Translations under genes and position numbers: made by a program
The notes under the pieces: model-generated
Seen by the model: only the letters and a program-made list of their open reading frames with translations
Told to the model about the DNA's origin: nothing
Databases searched by the model: none
Origin: Abditibacteriaceae bacterium
Lineage (GTDB): Bacteria > Armatimonadota > Abditibacteriia > Abditibacteriales > Abditibacteriaceae
Direction: 5' to 3'
DNA: 55,519 nucleotides
NCBI GenBank assembly: GCA_031372065.1
Contig: JANMKN010000403.1
Span: forward strand, 1-55,519
Part shown: positions 1 through 9,891 of the stretch, piece after piece
How positions within the stretch are numbered: position 1 is the stretch's first letter
How the letters are laid out: every line of letters begins with the position of its first letter

Positions 1-269
1 TGTTGGTGCTGGAAGCGCAAAACTACGACTATCGAAGAGAAACCTGCATTGAGAGATTCATCGGAGTGCTTTCAATCAAGTCCATACAAGTTGTGTGGTT
101 GGTTTTTTCCTGTTTTGGTCATTTACACGCTCCCTTTGGCCTGAAAAATTTCTCATGCGATTGCCCTGTGGTCAGTTCTACCGTGCGCCGCCTTATTGGG
201 GCACGTATTGTAGAATTGCGTGTAGCATCTCGATTGAAATCGCTTTTGAAGTTCTTCGAACTACGGGCT

Positions 270-958
270 ATGAGTGAGAAACCCCTATCTATCCGCGTGC
301 TGCTGGCCGACGACCATCCGGTTGTTCGGGACTCTCTGCGCCTTCTGCTGTGTCGCCACGAGTCTTTGCAGTTAGTGGGCGAAGCGGCAACTTCCGGCGA
401 AGTTTTGGAACTGGCGGCACGCGTGCAGCCGGACATCGTTGTCCTTGATCTCTGCCTGAACTGAAAAGCGTCGCGCCCTCCGCTAAAGTTGTCGCCTTTA
501 CCGATGAAGATGAGACGGATTTGTCGCGTCGCGCCGTTGCCGCCGGAGTGTTGGGCCGGGTCAGCAAGGGCGAAGCGCTCGAAACTTTGTTGCGAGCCAT
601 TGAGTGCGTTCACCGGGGCGAAGTGTGGCTGAGTCGCGTCCTGATGGCCCAGGTGCTGGGACAACTCACAGCGCATCAAACATCAACTTCCAATAGCGTT
701 GCCACAAGCGATGCCGTTTCCCTTGCCAAGATCGCCGCTCTCACGCCACGCGAGCGCGAAATCATTCAGCTCATCGGCCAGGGCCTCAAAAACAAACAGA
801 TGGCGGCGCGGCTGTTTCTCAGTGAAAAAACGATTCATAGCCACTTGGCCTCGATTTTTCAGAAACTCGAAGTCTCCGACCGTCTGGAGTTGGCAGTCTT
901 CGCTCATCGTCACGCTTTGCTGGCCCCTTCGCTAAATTCCTCCGCTATACGCTCCTGA
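270..958 (+). pseudogene. NarL/LuxR-family response regulator, frameshifted by a short internal deletion
   Basis: The REC domain (IRVLLADDHPVVR...PDIVVLDL) starts at ATG 270 and stops at 462-464. The rest of REC (LPELKSVAPSAKVVAFT...VSKG) and the LuxR HTH (LTPREREIIQLIGQGLKNKQMA...SEKTIHSHL) continue in another frame to 958. Confidence 0.85.
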
Positions 959-1052
959 AAATTCGGTAATTTTACCTACTCCGTTTGCGCCAATCTGGAC
1001 TCATTTACCCATGCGCGGCATTCCGCGCGGCGCCATAATCTTGGTGAACGCC

Positions 1053-1388
1053 ATGAATAGCACATTTTTTCCGCAACACGAAGCCGAGCATCGCCGCGCC
1101 CCGCGTGTGCCGGTGGATTTCTTAGCCCTTGTGCGCGGCAGGGACACGCATGGACGCCGCTTCACGGAGCCGGCCTCTTTGCAGAACCTGAGCGCTGGGG
1201 GACTTTATCTGCGCCTGCGCCACCGTGTGGCCGAGGGCGAGCGTCTTTTCATCGCCTTTCGTTTCGCTTCAACGTTAGAAGTGCCCGCTATGGAAGTGGC
1301 GGCAAAAGGCGTAGTGCGACGCAGTGAAGCGCAGTCCGATGGCCGCTGCGGTGTCGGCGTGATGTTTCAACGCTATCGCAGCTTGTAA
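1053..1388 (+). CDS. Single-domain PilZ (c-di-GMP-binding) protein
   Basis: RxxxR motif (RRAPR) and [D/N]xSxxG motif (NLSAGG), followed by beta-strands ending GVGVMF. Confidence 0.85.
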   Translation: MNSTFFPQHEAEHRRAPRVPVDFLALVRGRDTHGRRFTEPASLQNLSAGGLYLRLRHRVAEGERLFIAFRFASTLEVPAMEVAAKGVVRRSEAQSDGRCGVGVMFQRYRSL

Positions 1389-1398
1389 ACAGACCCGG

Positions 1399-1578
1399 CG
1401 GAGTGCTTCGCCGGCATTTTTCACGTCCCAAAAAGGACGGCGACGGGCGTCGCTAACACTTTTCACGTCCTAAAAAAGCCAGCGACGCCCGTCGCTGACA
1501 CTTTTTTCACACTGTGATAACCCCCGACGCCCGTCGCTAAGTTTTTTCACGTCCCAAAAACGACGGCGACGGGCGTCG
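1399..1578. repeat. Array of five palindromic cores with an exact 42-bp period
   Basis: Cores CGACG-GG/CC-CGTCG start at 1441, 1483, 1525 and 1567, with a degenerate core at 1399. They are separated by related 30-bp linkers containing TTTTCAC...AAAAA. Confidence 0.9.
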
Positions 1579-1818
1579 GAACGAATTTTAATGCACGAAA
1601 ATCAGCGGAGACAGCGGTTTTCACGCTTTTAGGTGGTTATTTTTCTTGGGAAGCAATCTCTGGTGACTCTTGGGCAGGAGGCAACACCGCCTCAATCCAG
1701 CCTATCGGGAGGCAAAGCCGTTTTAAATCACATTTTTATCAACCATCGTGGCGCGCAGGCGCCGATTTGATCCACCCGCAAGACGTATTAAAACCCGCAA
1801 GGGAAAAGAGGTTTGACC

Positions 1819-4071
1819 ATGAAGAACTTATTGTTGAAATTCCGGCACACTATGCCGAAGGCGGCGCTCTTAGCCGTTCTGTGTTTGTTCACGTCGTTGG
1901 GCGCATCGCAGGCCGGCGCGGCTACCGGCAGCATCGGCGCAGCGGCCATCGAAATTGATTCCAGCGCGAATCTGTATCCGGCTAACGCGCCTTTTAATCC
2001 GGCGGGCTTTGTCAACGGCTCGATTAAAAACTCCGGCGCGACCGCCGATTGGGTCAAGGACGCCAACGCCAACACGGACGCGGCCAGCCTGACCCAGAGC
2101 ATCGCGACCGGCATTATTCCGGGCGTGACGGGCGCGGCTGGCGGCAAAGGCCACTGGAATGGCGTCCGCATCGTGGACGGCATCGCCGGTAATGACAAAA
2201 ATATCTTCCTGACCGGCGGCAAAGAAAACGATCTCAGCACCTGGAACATCGGCCCCGGCACCGTCGGCTCCTCGAAATACGACATTACGCAAGCCTATCT
2301 CGCCAACAACCGGCAAACGCTTTACTTCGGCATGGAACGTCGCGGCAACAACGGCACGACGGCCTTCGACTTTGAGTTCAACCAGATGGCCCCGAATGCG
2401 GCGACGCCCTTGTTTCCCCGGCGCACCGTCGGCGATGTGCTTTTTACTTTTGAGATGTCGGGTTCAGGCAGCAGCGGCTCGGCGACGCCTCATTATTACA
2501 CCTGGAACGGCAGCAAATATGTTGAACGCATTCCGGCGCCCGCCAGCTTGATTAGCTCGATCAACCTCGCCCCGACCCCGGCGGCGCCGTGGGGCTACGT
2601 GGACAGCGGCGGCGACTGGGTTTTAGGCACCCTGCCGAACTTTGAATTCGCCGAAGCCGCCGTCAACCTCGCCGACGCTTTTCCGAATTTCTCGCCGTGC
2701 AACAACCGCGCGTTCGTGCAGGTTCGCACGCGCGCCTCTTCTACTGATAGCAGCGACCTCAAAGATACCACGGAGGTTTTCGAGTTTCTCTTTGGCGGCC
2801 CAACGGCTGCCGGGAACTTGGTCACCGACTGCAATCAGAGCTTTTCTTACGATGCGTCTGCTTCGCGCGACAGCACCGGCGGCACTGCGCTGACTTATCA
2901 GTGGGCATTTAAGGCGCCATCGGGCGTGACGCTCAGCGGCACCGGCATTACCGGCCCGGATGGCAGCGGCTTCTATCACTCGGCCTCGAAAACCGGCACC
3001 GTCAATGTGAATTTGCCGGGCGGCGTGAACACGGCGGCGATCACGGCCAGCCTCACGGTTGTTGAAGGCGCGGGCTGCACGGCCAGCGCCGCCAATCTGA
3101 ACGTGACCGTTTACCGCGCGTTGGCCGCAACGGCGACGCTTTTGACTCAGTGCAACTTAACGCTCACTTACACGGGCACAGCCAGCGGCGGCAAAGCGCC
3201 TTATTCTTACTCATGGCAGTTCCAGAAGAACAGCGCCGATGACGGCAGCGGCACATGGAGCAACGTCGGCACCAGCAATACGGCCAGTGGTTCCACGACC
3301 GTCGCTGCGGCAGGCGCTTATCGTGCGATTCTTACGGTCACCGACACCGCCGATAGCGCGGCCAACGGCAAGCCGCAGTGCGAGACGCAGGCGATTTCCA
3401 ACACGGTCACTGTTTATCCGGAGGTGGGCGGCTCCGTGCTCCTGACGCCCGACTGCGACGAGACTTTCACCTACTCAGCCAGCGGCAGCGGCGGCTTAGC
3501 GCCCTATACCTTCGATTGGACGATTCAAAAGCTGGTCAACGGCGCGTGGGTGACGGCGAAAACCTTCACCAGCGGCCCGGCTGCCAACAGCAGCGGCACG
3601 CTTGATGTGGACACCTTCGCTGCCGGGGCCAACGGCGACGGACGCTATCGCGCTCTGGTGACGATCACCGACAGCCAGAGTCCCGGCTGCGACAAGACGC
3701 TCGCTTCCACGCCCATTGATGTGCTCCACGCTTTGGCCGTGACTGCGACCAAAACCAGCGCCAACGGCAGCACCCTCACCGTGACGCTGACCGCAACTTC
3801 TGCCACCGGCGCAACCTTCCAGTGGCAGAAACTGGTGAACGGCGTGTGGACGGACATCGCCGGCGCCACATCATCAACTCTGGGCTATTCCAGCTTTGAA
3901 GCCGATAGCACGCCAACCGCGACGACCTTCACATTAGGCACCGACAACTATGTGGGCAAGCTTTACACGGTGCAAATTCGCACCAAAGCGAAGCGCACAC
4001 TCAACGGCATCGTGTGCGAAGCGGTTTCTCCGCCCGAAGCCGTGAAGAAAGTCGTGGCTGTTGACCCGTAA
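1819..4071 (+). CDS. Large secreted/surface protein with PKD/Ig-like repeats
   Basis: Signal peptide, Thr/Gly/Ala-rich composition, repeated ASGG(K/L)APY(S/T)(Y/F)xW...G(A/R)YRAx(L/V)T(V/I)TD modules with paired Cys, and RBS AAGAGG upstream. Confidence 0.75.
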   Translation: MKNLLLKFRHTMPKAALLAVLCLFTSLGASQAGAATGSIGAAAIEIDSSANLYPANAPFNPAGFVNGSIKNSGATADWVKDANANTDAASLTQSIATGIIPGVTGAAGGKGHWNGVRIVDGIAGNDKNIFLTGGKENDLSTWNIGPGTVGSSKYDITQAYLANNRQTLYFGMERRGNNGTTAFDFEFNQMAPNAATPLFPRRTVGDVLFTFEMSGSGSSGSATPHYYTWNGSKYVERIPAPASLISSINLAPTPAAPWGYVDSGGDWVLGTLPNFEFAEAAVNLADAFPNFSPCNNRAFVQVRTRASSTDSSDLKDTTEVFEFLFGGPTAAGNLVTDCNQSFSYDASASRDSTGGTALTYQWAFKAPSGVTLSGTGITGPDGSGFYHSASKTGTVNVNLPGGVNTAAITASLTVVEGAGCTASAANLNVTVYRALAATATLLTQCNLTLTYTGTASGGKAPYSYSWQFQKNSADDGSGTWSNVGTSNTASGSTTVAAAGAYRAILTVTDTADSAANGKPQCETQAISNTVTVYPEVGGSVLLTPDCDETFTYSASGSGGLAPYTFDWTIQKLVNGAWVTAKTFTSGPAANSSGTLDVDTFAAGANGDGRYRALVTITDSQSPGCDKTLASTPIDVLHALAVTATKTSANGSTLTVTLTATSATGATFQWQKLVNGVWTDIAGATSSTLGYSSFEADSTPTATTFTLGTDNYVGKLYTVQIRTKAKRTLNGIVCEAVSPPEAVKKVVAVDP

Positions 4072-4088
4072 ACCCAAGCTGAATTAGG

Positions 4089-4135
4089 AAACGAAATCCC
4101 GCCATAATTCATTGAATTATGGCGGGATTTCGTTT
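4089..4135. terminator. Probable bidirectional intrinsic terminator
   Basis: Perfect 22-bp inverted repeat AAACGAAATCCCGCCATAATTC-att-GAATTATGGCGGGATTTCGTTT between convergent genes. Confidence 0.8.
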
Positions 4136-4349
4136 GACTTTTTAACTGCTGATCTTCCCCGAAAACCATTGCACTTGAAATGTTAGAGTGTCTTAAGATT
4201 CTTGGTCTATGCCCTCTTTGGCCACCTGACCTCTGTGGCCTTGAAGCAACACTATTGGTGAGCGTCCTCTTCCCTGCGCCTCGTGACACCAGAGTCGTTT
4301 TTCGAGTCGGCGGAGACGACCCATTCCGCTCTTTGAAAAGGAGAATATG

Positions 4350-4934
4350 TCATGACTGGGATGGGCTTAAACCCACTTTTGCGGCCATTTCGCCCACTGT
4401 CCAACGCTGCGCCAGTTGGTCGTGGACGCGCCGCCGCAAAGTCCGCAGCGCCGGCAGGTGTTCTGCTTCGGCGGGCGTAAAACGCGCCGCAGGGTCAATC
4501 AGGGCACGCCCCACTTTCAGCAGGAGTTGGCGCACCAGCAAATCTATCGCTTCTTCACAATTGGCTTCGGCCTGATGCTGCTCATGTGTGATCTCTTCGA
4601 AGATGTGCGGCAAAAATCGCGTATCGTCTGGTGCCAGTAATCTATTCAGCGGCAACGAATAATGCGCCGCCATTTCAGCTACGGCTCCACGTTCGAGGTG
4701 CATCCAATCGTTGACCCATGCGCCCGCTCTTCCGCAATACCAGTGCGGGTGACCCGGCGAAAAAAGAGCGCAGCAGCCCGGCTCGGCGAAGACTACGCCC
4801 TGGCCTGTCAGCACTTCCATCGGCGAGTGAAAGCGCACCAGCAAAAAATTACCCAAACCGTAAGGCCGGTCAACGATGAAACCCGCAGTTTCCTCGCGGC
4901 GCAGACCGTGAGCGGAAACATGAATCGTGTTCAT
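4350..4934 (-). pseudogene. AraC-family regulator truncated in its first HTH
   Basis: AraC-type N-terminal cupin (LFSPGHPHWY...WVNDWMH) followed by WTVGEMAAKVGLSPSQ and a stop. The second HTH is missing. Confidence 0.8.
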
Positions 4935-5073
4935 AATAAATGAAAGTTTTCAAGAGAATGAAGCAAAGAAAGTGGTGAAAAATGCAAGTATGTCCGCTGA
5001 AATTAAGAATATACTGCAAATACCACCCAGACAGGAGCACACTGCGCCGGGGCACTGCTCCAGCCGCAAGATC

Positions 5074-5451
5074 ATGCGAACACGCCGTCAATTTATCCGT
5101 GACGCGGCGCTCTCTTCCGCCGCGCTTGGTTTGTCGCTGCGCGCTTTCGCCAACGCCGACGAGGCCAAGCCGGCGAACGATACAGCCTCGTTTTTCTTGG
5201 TAGGCGACACTCACTATTGCGCCGACGAAGCAGTTATTTCGGTCATGGATGCGACTTCTGCCGGTTACAATGCGCGGCTCATTGAGTGGCTTAATAAGCT
5301 GCCCGGAACCGCCATCGCCGCCACCGCAGGAGGCGGAAGCGTGTCGCAACCACATGGCGTGATCCATGCGGGCGATCTGATTAATAACGGCGACAAAGGC
5401 GGGGCAAGGTTGAAGATGGTGCCCACAGAACATGTCTGGAATCACCCATGA
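5074..5451 (+). pseudogene. N-terminal fragment of a Tat-exported metallophosphoesterase
   Basis: Tat motif TRRQFI, DTH and GDLINNG motifs. The later GNH and GHxH motifs are absent before the stop, which overlaps the next ATG. Confidence 0.7.
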
Positions 5452-8450
5452 AATCACTGCTGCACTTCACATTGTTGCTGGCAACTTTGGCCGCGCCGCG
5501 CGCCGCGTGGGCGGCGGACACTGCCAAACTGCCACCGACTGCCGCCGCGCCCGTTGATTTCGCGCGCGACATTCAGCCGCTTTTCGCGCGATGCCTCAGT
5601 TGTCACGGCGCGGCCAGGCAAAAAGGCGATTTGCGCCTCGATTTGAAAGCCTTCGCATTGCGCGGCGGAGAATCGGGCAAAGTCATCGTGCCGGGCAAAA
5701 GCGGGGAGAGCAAGCTGATTCATCTGGTGGCGGGCCTCGAAGCCGATAGCATCATGCCGCCGACGGGCGAAAAGCTGAGCGAGACGCAAATTGGCCTATT
5801 GCGCCGCTGGATTGACGACGGTGCCCTGTGGCCCGACGAAATCAAAACCGCGCACTGGTCGCTGCAAGCTCTGCGCGAACCGGTGCTGCCCGAAACCAAG
5901 CTGCCAACCGGCGGCAATGCCATAGATGCGTTCATTGTGGAGCGTCTGCAAAAACAAGGTCTGCGTCTTTCGCCGCCCGCTGACCGTGCCACGCTGATTC
6001 GTCGCCTGAATTTCGATTTAATCGGTTTGCCGCCCGCGCCCGCCGAAGTGGCCGACTTTGTAAGCAGCAAATCACCCAAAGCCTACGAAGAACTGGTGGA
6101 CAGATTGCTGGCTTCGCCGCAATATGGCGAACGCTGGGGGCGGCACTGGCTGGATGTGGCGCGCTACACCGAAAGCCAAGGCTTTGAATACGACCGCCTG
6201 CGCGACAACGCCTGGCACTACCGCGATTACGTCATCAAGAGCTTCAACGACGACGAGCCGTATGATCGTTTTATGCGCGAGCAAATCGCCGGAGACGCCA
6301 TGCAGCCAGCGACGAGCGAAGGAATGATTGCCGCCAGCCTGCTGGTGTGCGGGCCGTTTGATGCCGCCGGAAACGCGCAGGCCAACGCCACGCAGCGCGC
6401 CATCACGCGCGAAGACGAACTCGAAGATTTGCTGGGTGTGGTTGGGCAGTCGTTTTTAGGTCTCACGCTCAACTGCGCGCGTTGCCACGCGCACAAGTTC
6501 GACTCGATTTCGCACGAAGAATACTATCGTGTCAAAGCGGTTTTCGAGGGCGTGCAACACGGCGAACGCCCCCTCGCCGAACCGAGCGAAATCAAAGTGC
6601 GCGAAGAGCGCATGGCGGCGCTGACCCAAGAAATCGCGGCGGCGCAGGAAAAGGTTTCGCGTATCGAGGCCGAAGGCTGGAAGCTGGCAGCGGCCAAACG
6701 CCCCGCCGGGCAGGCACCTGCCGGGCCAACGGCGCTTTCGCGTTGGAATTTCGCGGATGTCGCCGCGCCGCCCGGCGAATTGAAAGGCGGCGCTGTGGCG
6801 GGCGGCGGGCTTTTGCAATTGCCCAAAGAAGGCGCGTTTTTTCAGTCGGCACCCATCGCGCAGGACATCCGCGAGAAAACTCTCGAAGCATGGGTTTCTC
6901 TGGCGAATTTGGAACAGGGCGGCGGCGCGGCGATTTCTCTGGAAACTGAAGACGGCACTATTTTCGATGCCATCGTATTCGGCGAGCGCCAACCGAAAAA
7001 ATGGGTGGCGGGCAGCGATGGTTTTTCGCGCACGTGCGATGTGGACGCGCCCGAAGAAAGCACCGCGCCGGGCACGCTGCTGCACGTCGCCATTGTCTAT
7101 CAGGCCGATGGCACAATCGCGCTGTTTCGCAACGGACAGCCCTACGGTAAGCCGTATCAGCCAGATAAACCTCTGCAAACCTTCGCGGCGGGCAAGGCGC
7201 ACATCGTTCTGGGTATGCGCCACAAAGGCGGCGGGCGCCCGTGGCTGACCGGCGCGATTAATCAAGCGGCGCTCTACGACCGCGCGCTCAGCACCGAAGA
7301 AATCGCGGCCTCGTTTCGCGCGGCAGGGTTTGCGATTCCTCGCGAAGACATTCTCGCCGCGCTGAGCGACGAACAGCGCGCGGCGCGTGAGGCGGCTCTC
7401 TCCGATGCCAAACGCATAGAGCAAGCACTGGGCGCACTCAAAGTGGTGGCGTCGCCGGTTTCATATGTCGGCACGCGCGTGCAACCGGCGCCGACGCGGC
7501 GTTTGAAGCGCGGCGATGTGCTTTCGCCCGACGAAGTGGTGACGCCCGGCGCGCTGTCGGCCATCGCCGAACTGAACCCCGATCTGGGATTGGCGGCGGA
7601 TGCACCCGAAGCGCAGCGCCGCCTCAAATTCGCCGACTGGGTGGCCGATGCGCGCAATCCTCTCCCGGCGCGCGTGATGGCCAACCGCATCTGGCATCAT
7701 CATTTTGGGCAGGGGCTGGTGGCCACGCCCAACGATTTCGGCGTCAGCGGCGCGCGGCCTTCGCATCCCGAACTGCTCGATTATCTGGCCGCGAAGTTCA
7801 TCGCTGGCGGCTGGAGCGTCAAGAATTTGCATCGTCTCATCGTCAACTCGGCGACGTATAAGCAAGCTTCGGCCTTCGATGCCAAAGCGGCGGTGCTGGA
7901 TGCCGACAACCAGTTGCTCTGGCGCTATGCACCGCATCGCATCGAAGCCGAAGCGCTGCGCGACGCGATGCTGAGTGTCAGCGGCCAACTGAATTTGCAA
8001 ATGGGCGGGCCGAGTTTTCGCGCCTTCGACGCGCTCGGTTTTCCGGCCAACGTTTATGTGCCCGCCGACAAAATCGGGCCAGAGTTCAACCGTCGCACCG
8101 TTTATCGAATGAACGTCAACTCCGGCAAAGACCCACTGCTGGACGCCTTCGATTGCCCCGATCCGTCGGTGAAAACACCGCGTCGCGGCGTCACTACCAC
8201 GCCTTTGCAGGCGCTGGGGCTGATGAACAATTCTTTCGTGCAGCGGCAATCCAAGATTCTGGCCGAGCGTGCCCTCAAAGAAGCCAATAACGACGTTTCC
8301 GGCGCGATTCAAATCGCCTATCGCCATGCTCTGGGCCGCGCCGCCATGCCCGCCGAAGCCGCGCGCGCCCTTGCGGCGGCGCAGGAACGCGGCCTGCCCG
8401 GCGTGTGCTGGGCGCTGCTCAATTCCACGGAGTTCGTTTATGTCCGATAA
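5448..8450 (+). CDS. PSD1 / planctomycete cytochrome c (DUF1549/DUF1553) protein with LamG-like insert
   Basis: VDFARDIQP, CLSCH, YGERWGRHWLDVARY, CARCHAHKFD, PSHPELLDYLA and TTPLQAL motifs. Confidence 0.92.
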   Translation: MKSLLHFTLLLATLAAPRAAWAADTAKLPPTAAAPVDFARDIQPLFARCLSCHGAARQKGDLRLDLKAFALRGGESGKVIVPGKSGESKLIHLVAGLEADSIMPPTGEKLSETQIGLLRRWIDDGALWPDEIKTAHWSLQALREPVLPETKLPTGGNAIDAFIVERLQKQGLRLSPPADRATLIRRLNFDLIGLPPAPAEVADFVSSKSPKAYEELVDRLLASPQYGERWGRHWLDVARYTESQGFEYDRLRDNAWHYRDYVIKSFNDDEPYDRFMREQIAGDAMQPATSEGMIAASLLVCGPFDAAGNAQANATQRAITREDELEDLLGVVGQSFLGLTLNCARCHAHKFDSISHEEYYRVKAVFEGVQHGERPLAEPSEIKVREERMAALTQEIAAAQEKVSRIEAEGWKLAAAKRPAGQAPAGPTALSRWNFADVAAPPGELKGGAVAGGGLLQLPKEGAFFQSAPIAQDIREKTLEAWVSLANLEQGGGAAISLETEDGTIFDAIVFGERQPKKWVAGSDGFSRTCDVDAPEESTAPGTLLHVAIVYQADGTIALFRNGQPYGKPYQPDKPLQTFAAGKAHIVLGMRHKGGGRPWLTGAINQAALYDRALSTEEIAASFRAAGFAIPREDILAALSDEQRAAREAALSDAKRIEQALGALKVVASPVSYVGTRVQPAPTRRLKRGDVLSPDEVVTPGALSAIAELNPDLGLAADAPEAQRRLKFADWVADARNPLPARVMANRIWHHHFGQGLVATPNDFGVSGARPSHPELLDYLAAKFIAGGWSVKNLHRLIVNSATYKQASAFDAKAAVLDADNQLLWRYAPHRIEAEALRDAMLSVSGQLNLQMGGPSFRAFDALGFPANVYVPADKIGPEFNRRTVYRMNVNSGKDPLLDAFDCPDPSVKTPRRGVTTTPLQALGLMNNSFVQRQSKILAERALKEANNDVSGAIQIAYRHALGRAAMPAEAARALAAAQERGLPGVCWALLNSTEFVYVR

Positions 8451-9867
8451 TTTCACGCCGCTCCTTTCGCGCCGCCATTTTCTTTCCAACGCCGCCGGAG
8501 GTCTGGGCGGAGTGGCGCTGGCGTGGTTGATGGCGCGCGACAACGCACGCGCGGCGAGCGCCTCGGCCAAAGCGCCGATGTTTCCCGCGAAGGCCAAGCG
8601 CGTGGTGCAGATTTTCTGCTGCGGCGGCGTCAGTCATCTCGACACCTTCGATTACAAGCCCGAACTGGAAAAGATGCACGGCAAAACGCTCGAAGGCAAA
8701 GGCGAGAATCTGGGCTTTTTCGGGCAACCGGGCAAGGTGATGAAAAGCGTCTACGAGTTCAAACAGCATGGCCAAAGCGCCTCGTGGGTGAGCAGCCTGC
8801 TGCCGCATTTGGCAGGCTGCGTGGATGATGTTTGCTTCATTCACTCGATGTTCGCCAAGAGCAACAACCACACGCCCGCCACGTTTCAGATGAACAGCGG
8901 CTTCACGCTCAACGGCTTTCCCAGCATGGGCGCGTGGCTGAGCTATGGCCTCGGCACCGAAAACGAAAACCTGCCCGCTTTCGTGGTGCTGCCCGACCCG
9001 CGCGGGCTGATCGCGGGCGGCTCGATTAACTGGACAGCGGGGTTTTTGCCGGCCAACCATCAGGGCGTGCCGTTTCGCACGCAGTCGAAAGAACCCATCG
9101 CCGATTTGAACACGCCCGCGACGATTGCGCCGGGTGCGCGCGAATCCGACATGAAACTGCTGGCCGCGATGAACCGCGATTTCGCCGAAGCGCATCCCGG
9201 CGACGGCGCGTTCGCGGCGCGACTGCGTTCGTATGAACTGGCGGCGCATATGCAAAGCAGCATTCCCGAAGCGACCAATCTCGACGCCGAACCCGAAGCG
9301 ATCAAGCAGATGTATGGCTTCGGCGACGCGGCGAACAAAGGCTTCGCGGGCAACTGCCTGATGGCGCGGCGCCTGTTGGAACGCGGCGTGCGCTTCGTGC
9401 AGATTTTCAACGGTGGCGCCTTTGGCAGCCCGCGCATCAACTGGGACGGCCACGAAAACCTCAAGGAAAACCACGACAATCAAGCCGCCACGATGGACAA
9501 ACCTGTCGCCGCGCTGATGCAAGATTTAAAACAGCGCGGTATGTTGGAGGACACGCTGTTCGTATGGAGCACCGAATTCGGGCGCAGCCCGTCCACGCAG
9601 GGCATCAACTCGCCGGGCCGCGACCATCATCCCACGGCGTTCACCTGTTTCTTAGCCGGAGCGGGCGTTAAAAAGGGCTTCCACTACGGCACCAGCGACG
9701 ACGTTGGCTATTTCGTCGGCGAAAGCAAGGTCACAGTTCCCGATTTTCACGCCACGATTTTACATTTGCTGGGCATTGACCACGAGAAGTTGACTTTCTA
9801 TCACAACGGCATCAACCGCCGCCTGACCGACGTGCATGGCCATATCATCAACGACATTTTGACGTAG
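8440..9867 (+). CDS. DUF1501 domain protein (Tat signal)
   Basis: SRRHFL, GGVSHLDTFDYKP, EFGRSP, GRDHH and RLTDVHG motifs; the usual partner of PSD1 genes and overlapping its stop. Confidence 0.92.
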   Translation: MSDNFTPLLSRRHFLSNAAGGLGGVALAWLMARDNARAASASAKAPMFPAKAKRVVQIFCCGGVSHLDTFDYKPELEKMHGKTLEGKGENLGFFGQPGKVMKSVYEFKQHGQSASWVSSLLPHLAGCVDDVCFIHSMFAKSNNHTPATFQMNSGFTLNGFPSMGAWLSYGLGTENENLPAFVVLPDPRGLIAGGSINWTAGFLPANHQGVPFRTQSKEPIADLNTPATIAPGARESDMKLLAAMNRDFAEAHPGDGAFAARLRSYELAAHMQSSIPEATNLDAEPEAIKQMYGFGDAANKGFAGNCLMARRLLERGVRFVQIFNGGAFGSPRINWDGHENLKENHDNQAATMDKPVAALMQDLKQRGMLEDTLFVWSTEFGRSPSTQGINSPGRDHHPTAFTCFLAGAGVKKGFHYGTSDDVGYFVGESKVTVPDFHATILHLLGIDHEKLTFYHNGINRRLTDVHGHIINDILT

Positions 9868-9891
9868 CCTTTTGGGGATTCACGAAATTCC

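Noticed and set aside
1399..1578. CRISPR array
   Set aside because: The constant part is only 12 bp, the linkers are homologous to each other, and there is no cas operon.
1648..1700. c-di-GMP-II riboswitch (GGAAGCAAT...TTGGGCA)
   Set aside because: The 3' pseudoknot partner and GTGCAACC segment are absent.
4180..4349. Read-through continuation of AraC (HILLFKERNGSSP after the stop)
   Set aside because: Brief resemblance to LFKxxxGxSP is out of register, and no second HTH follows in any frame.
6456..9522. Long antisense ORFs (322-378 aa), and similar ones at 16876, 22902, 50368 and 52675
   Set aside because: Shadow frames of high-GC coding genes with no recognisable motifs.
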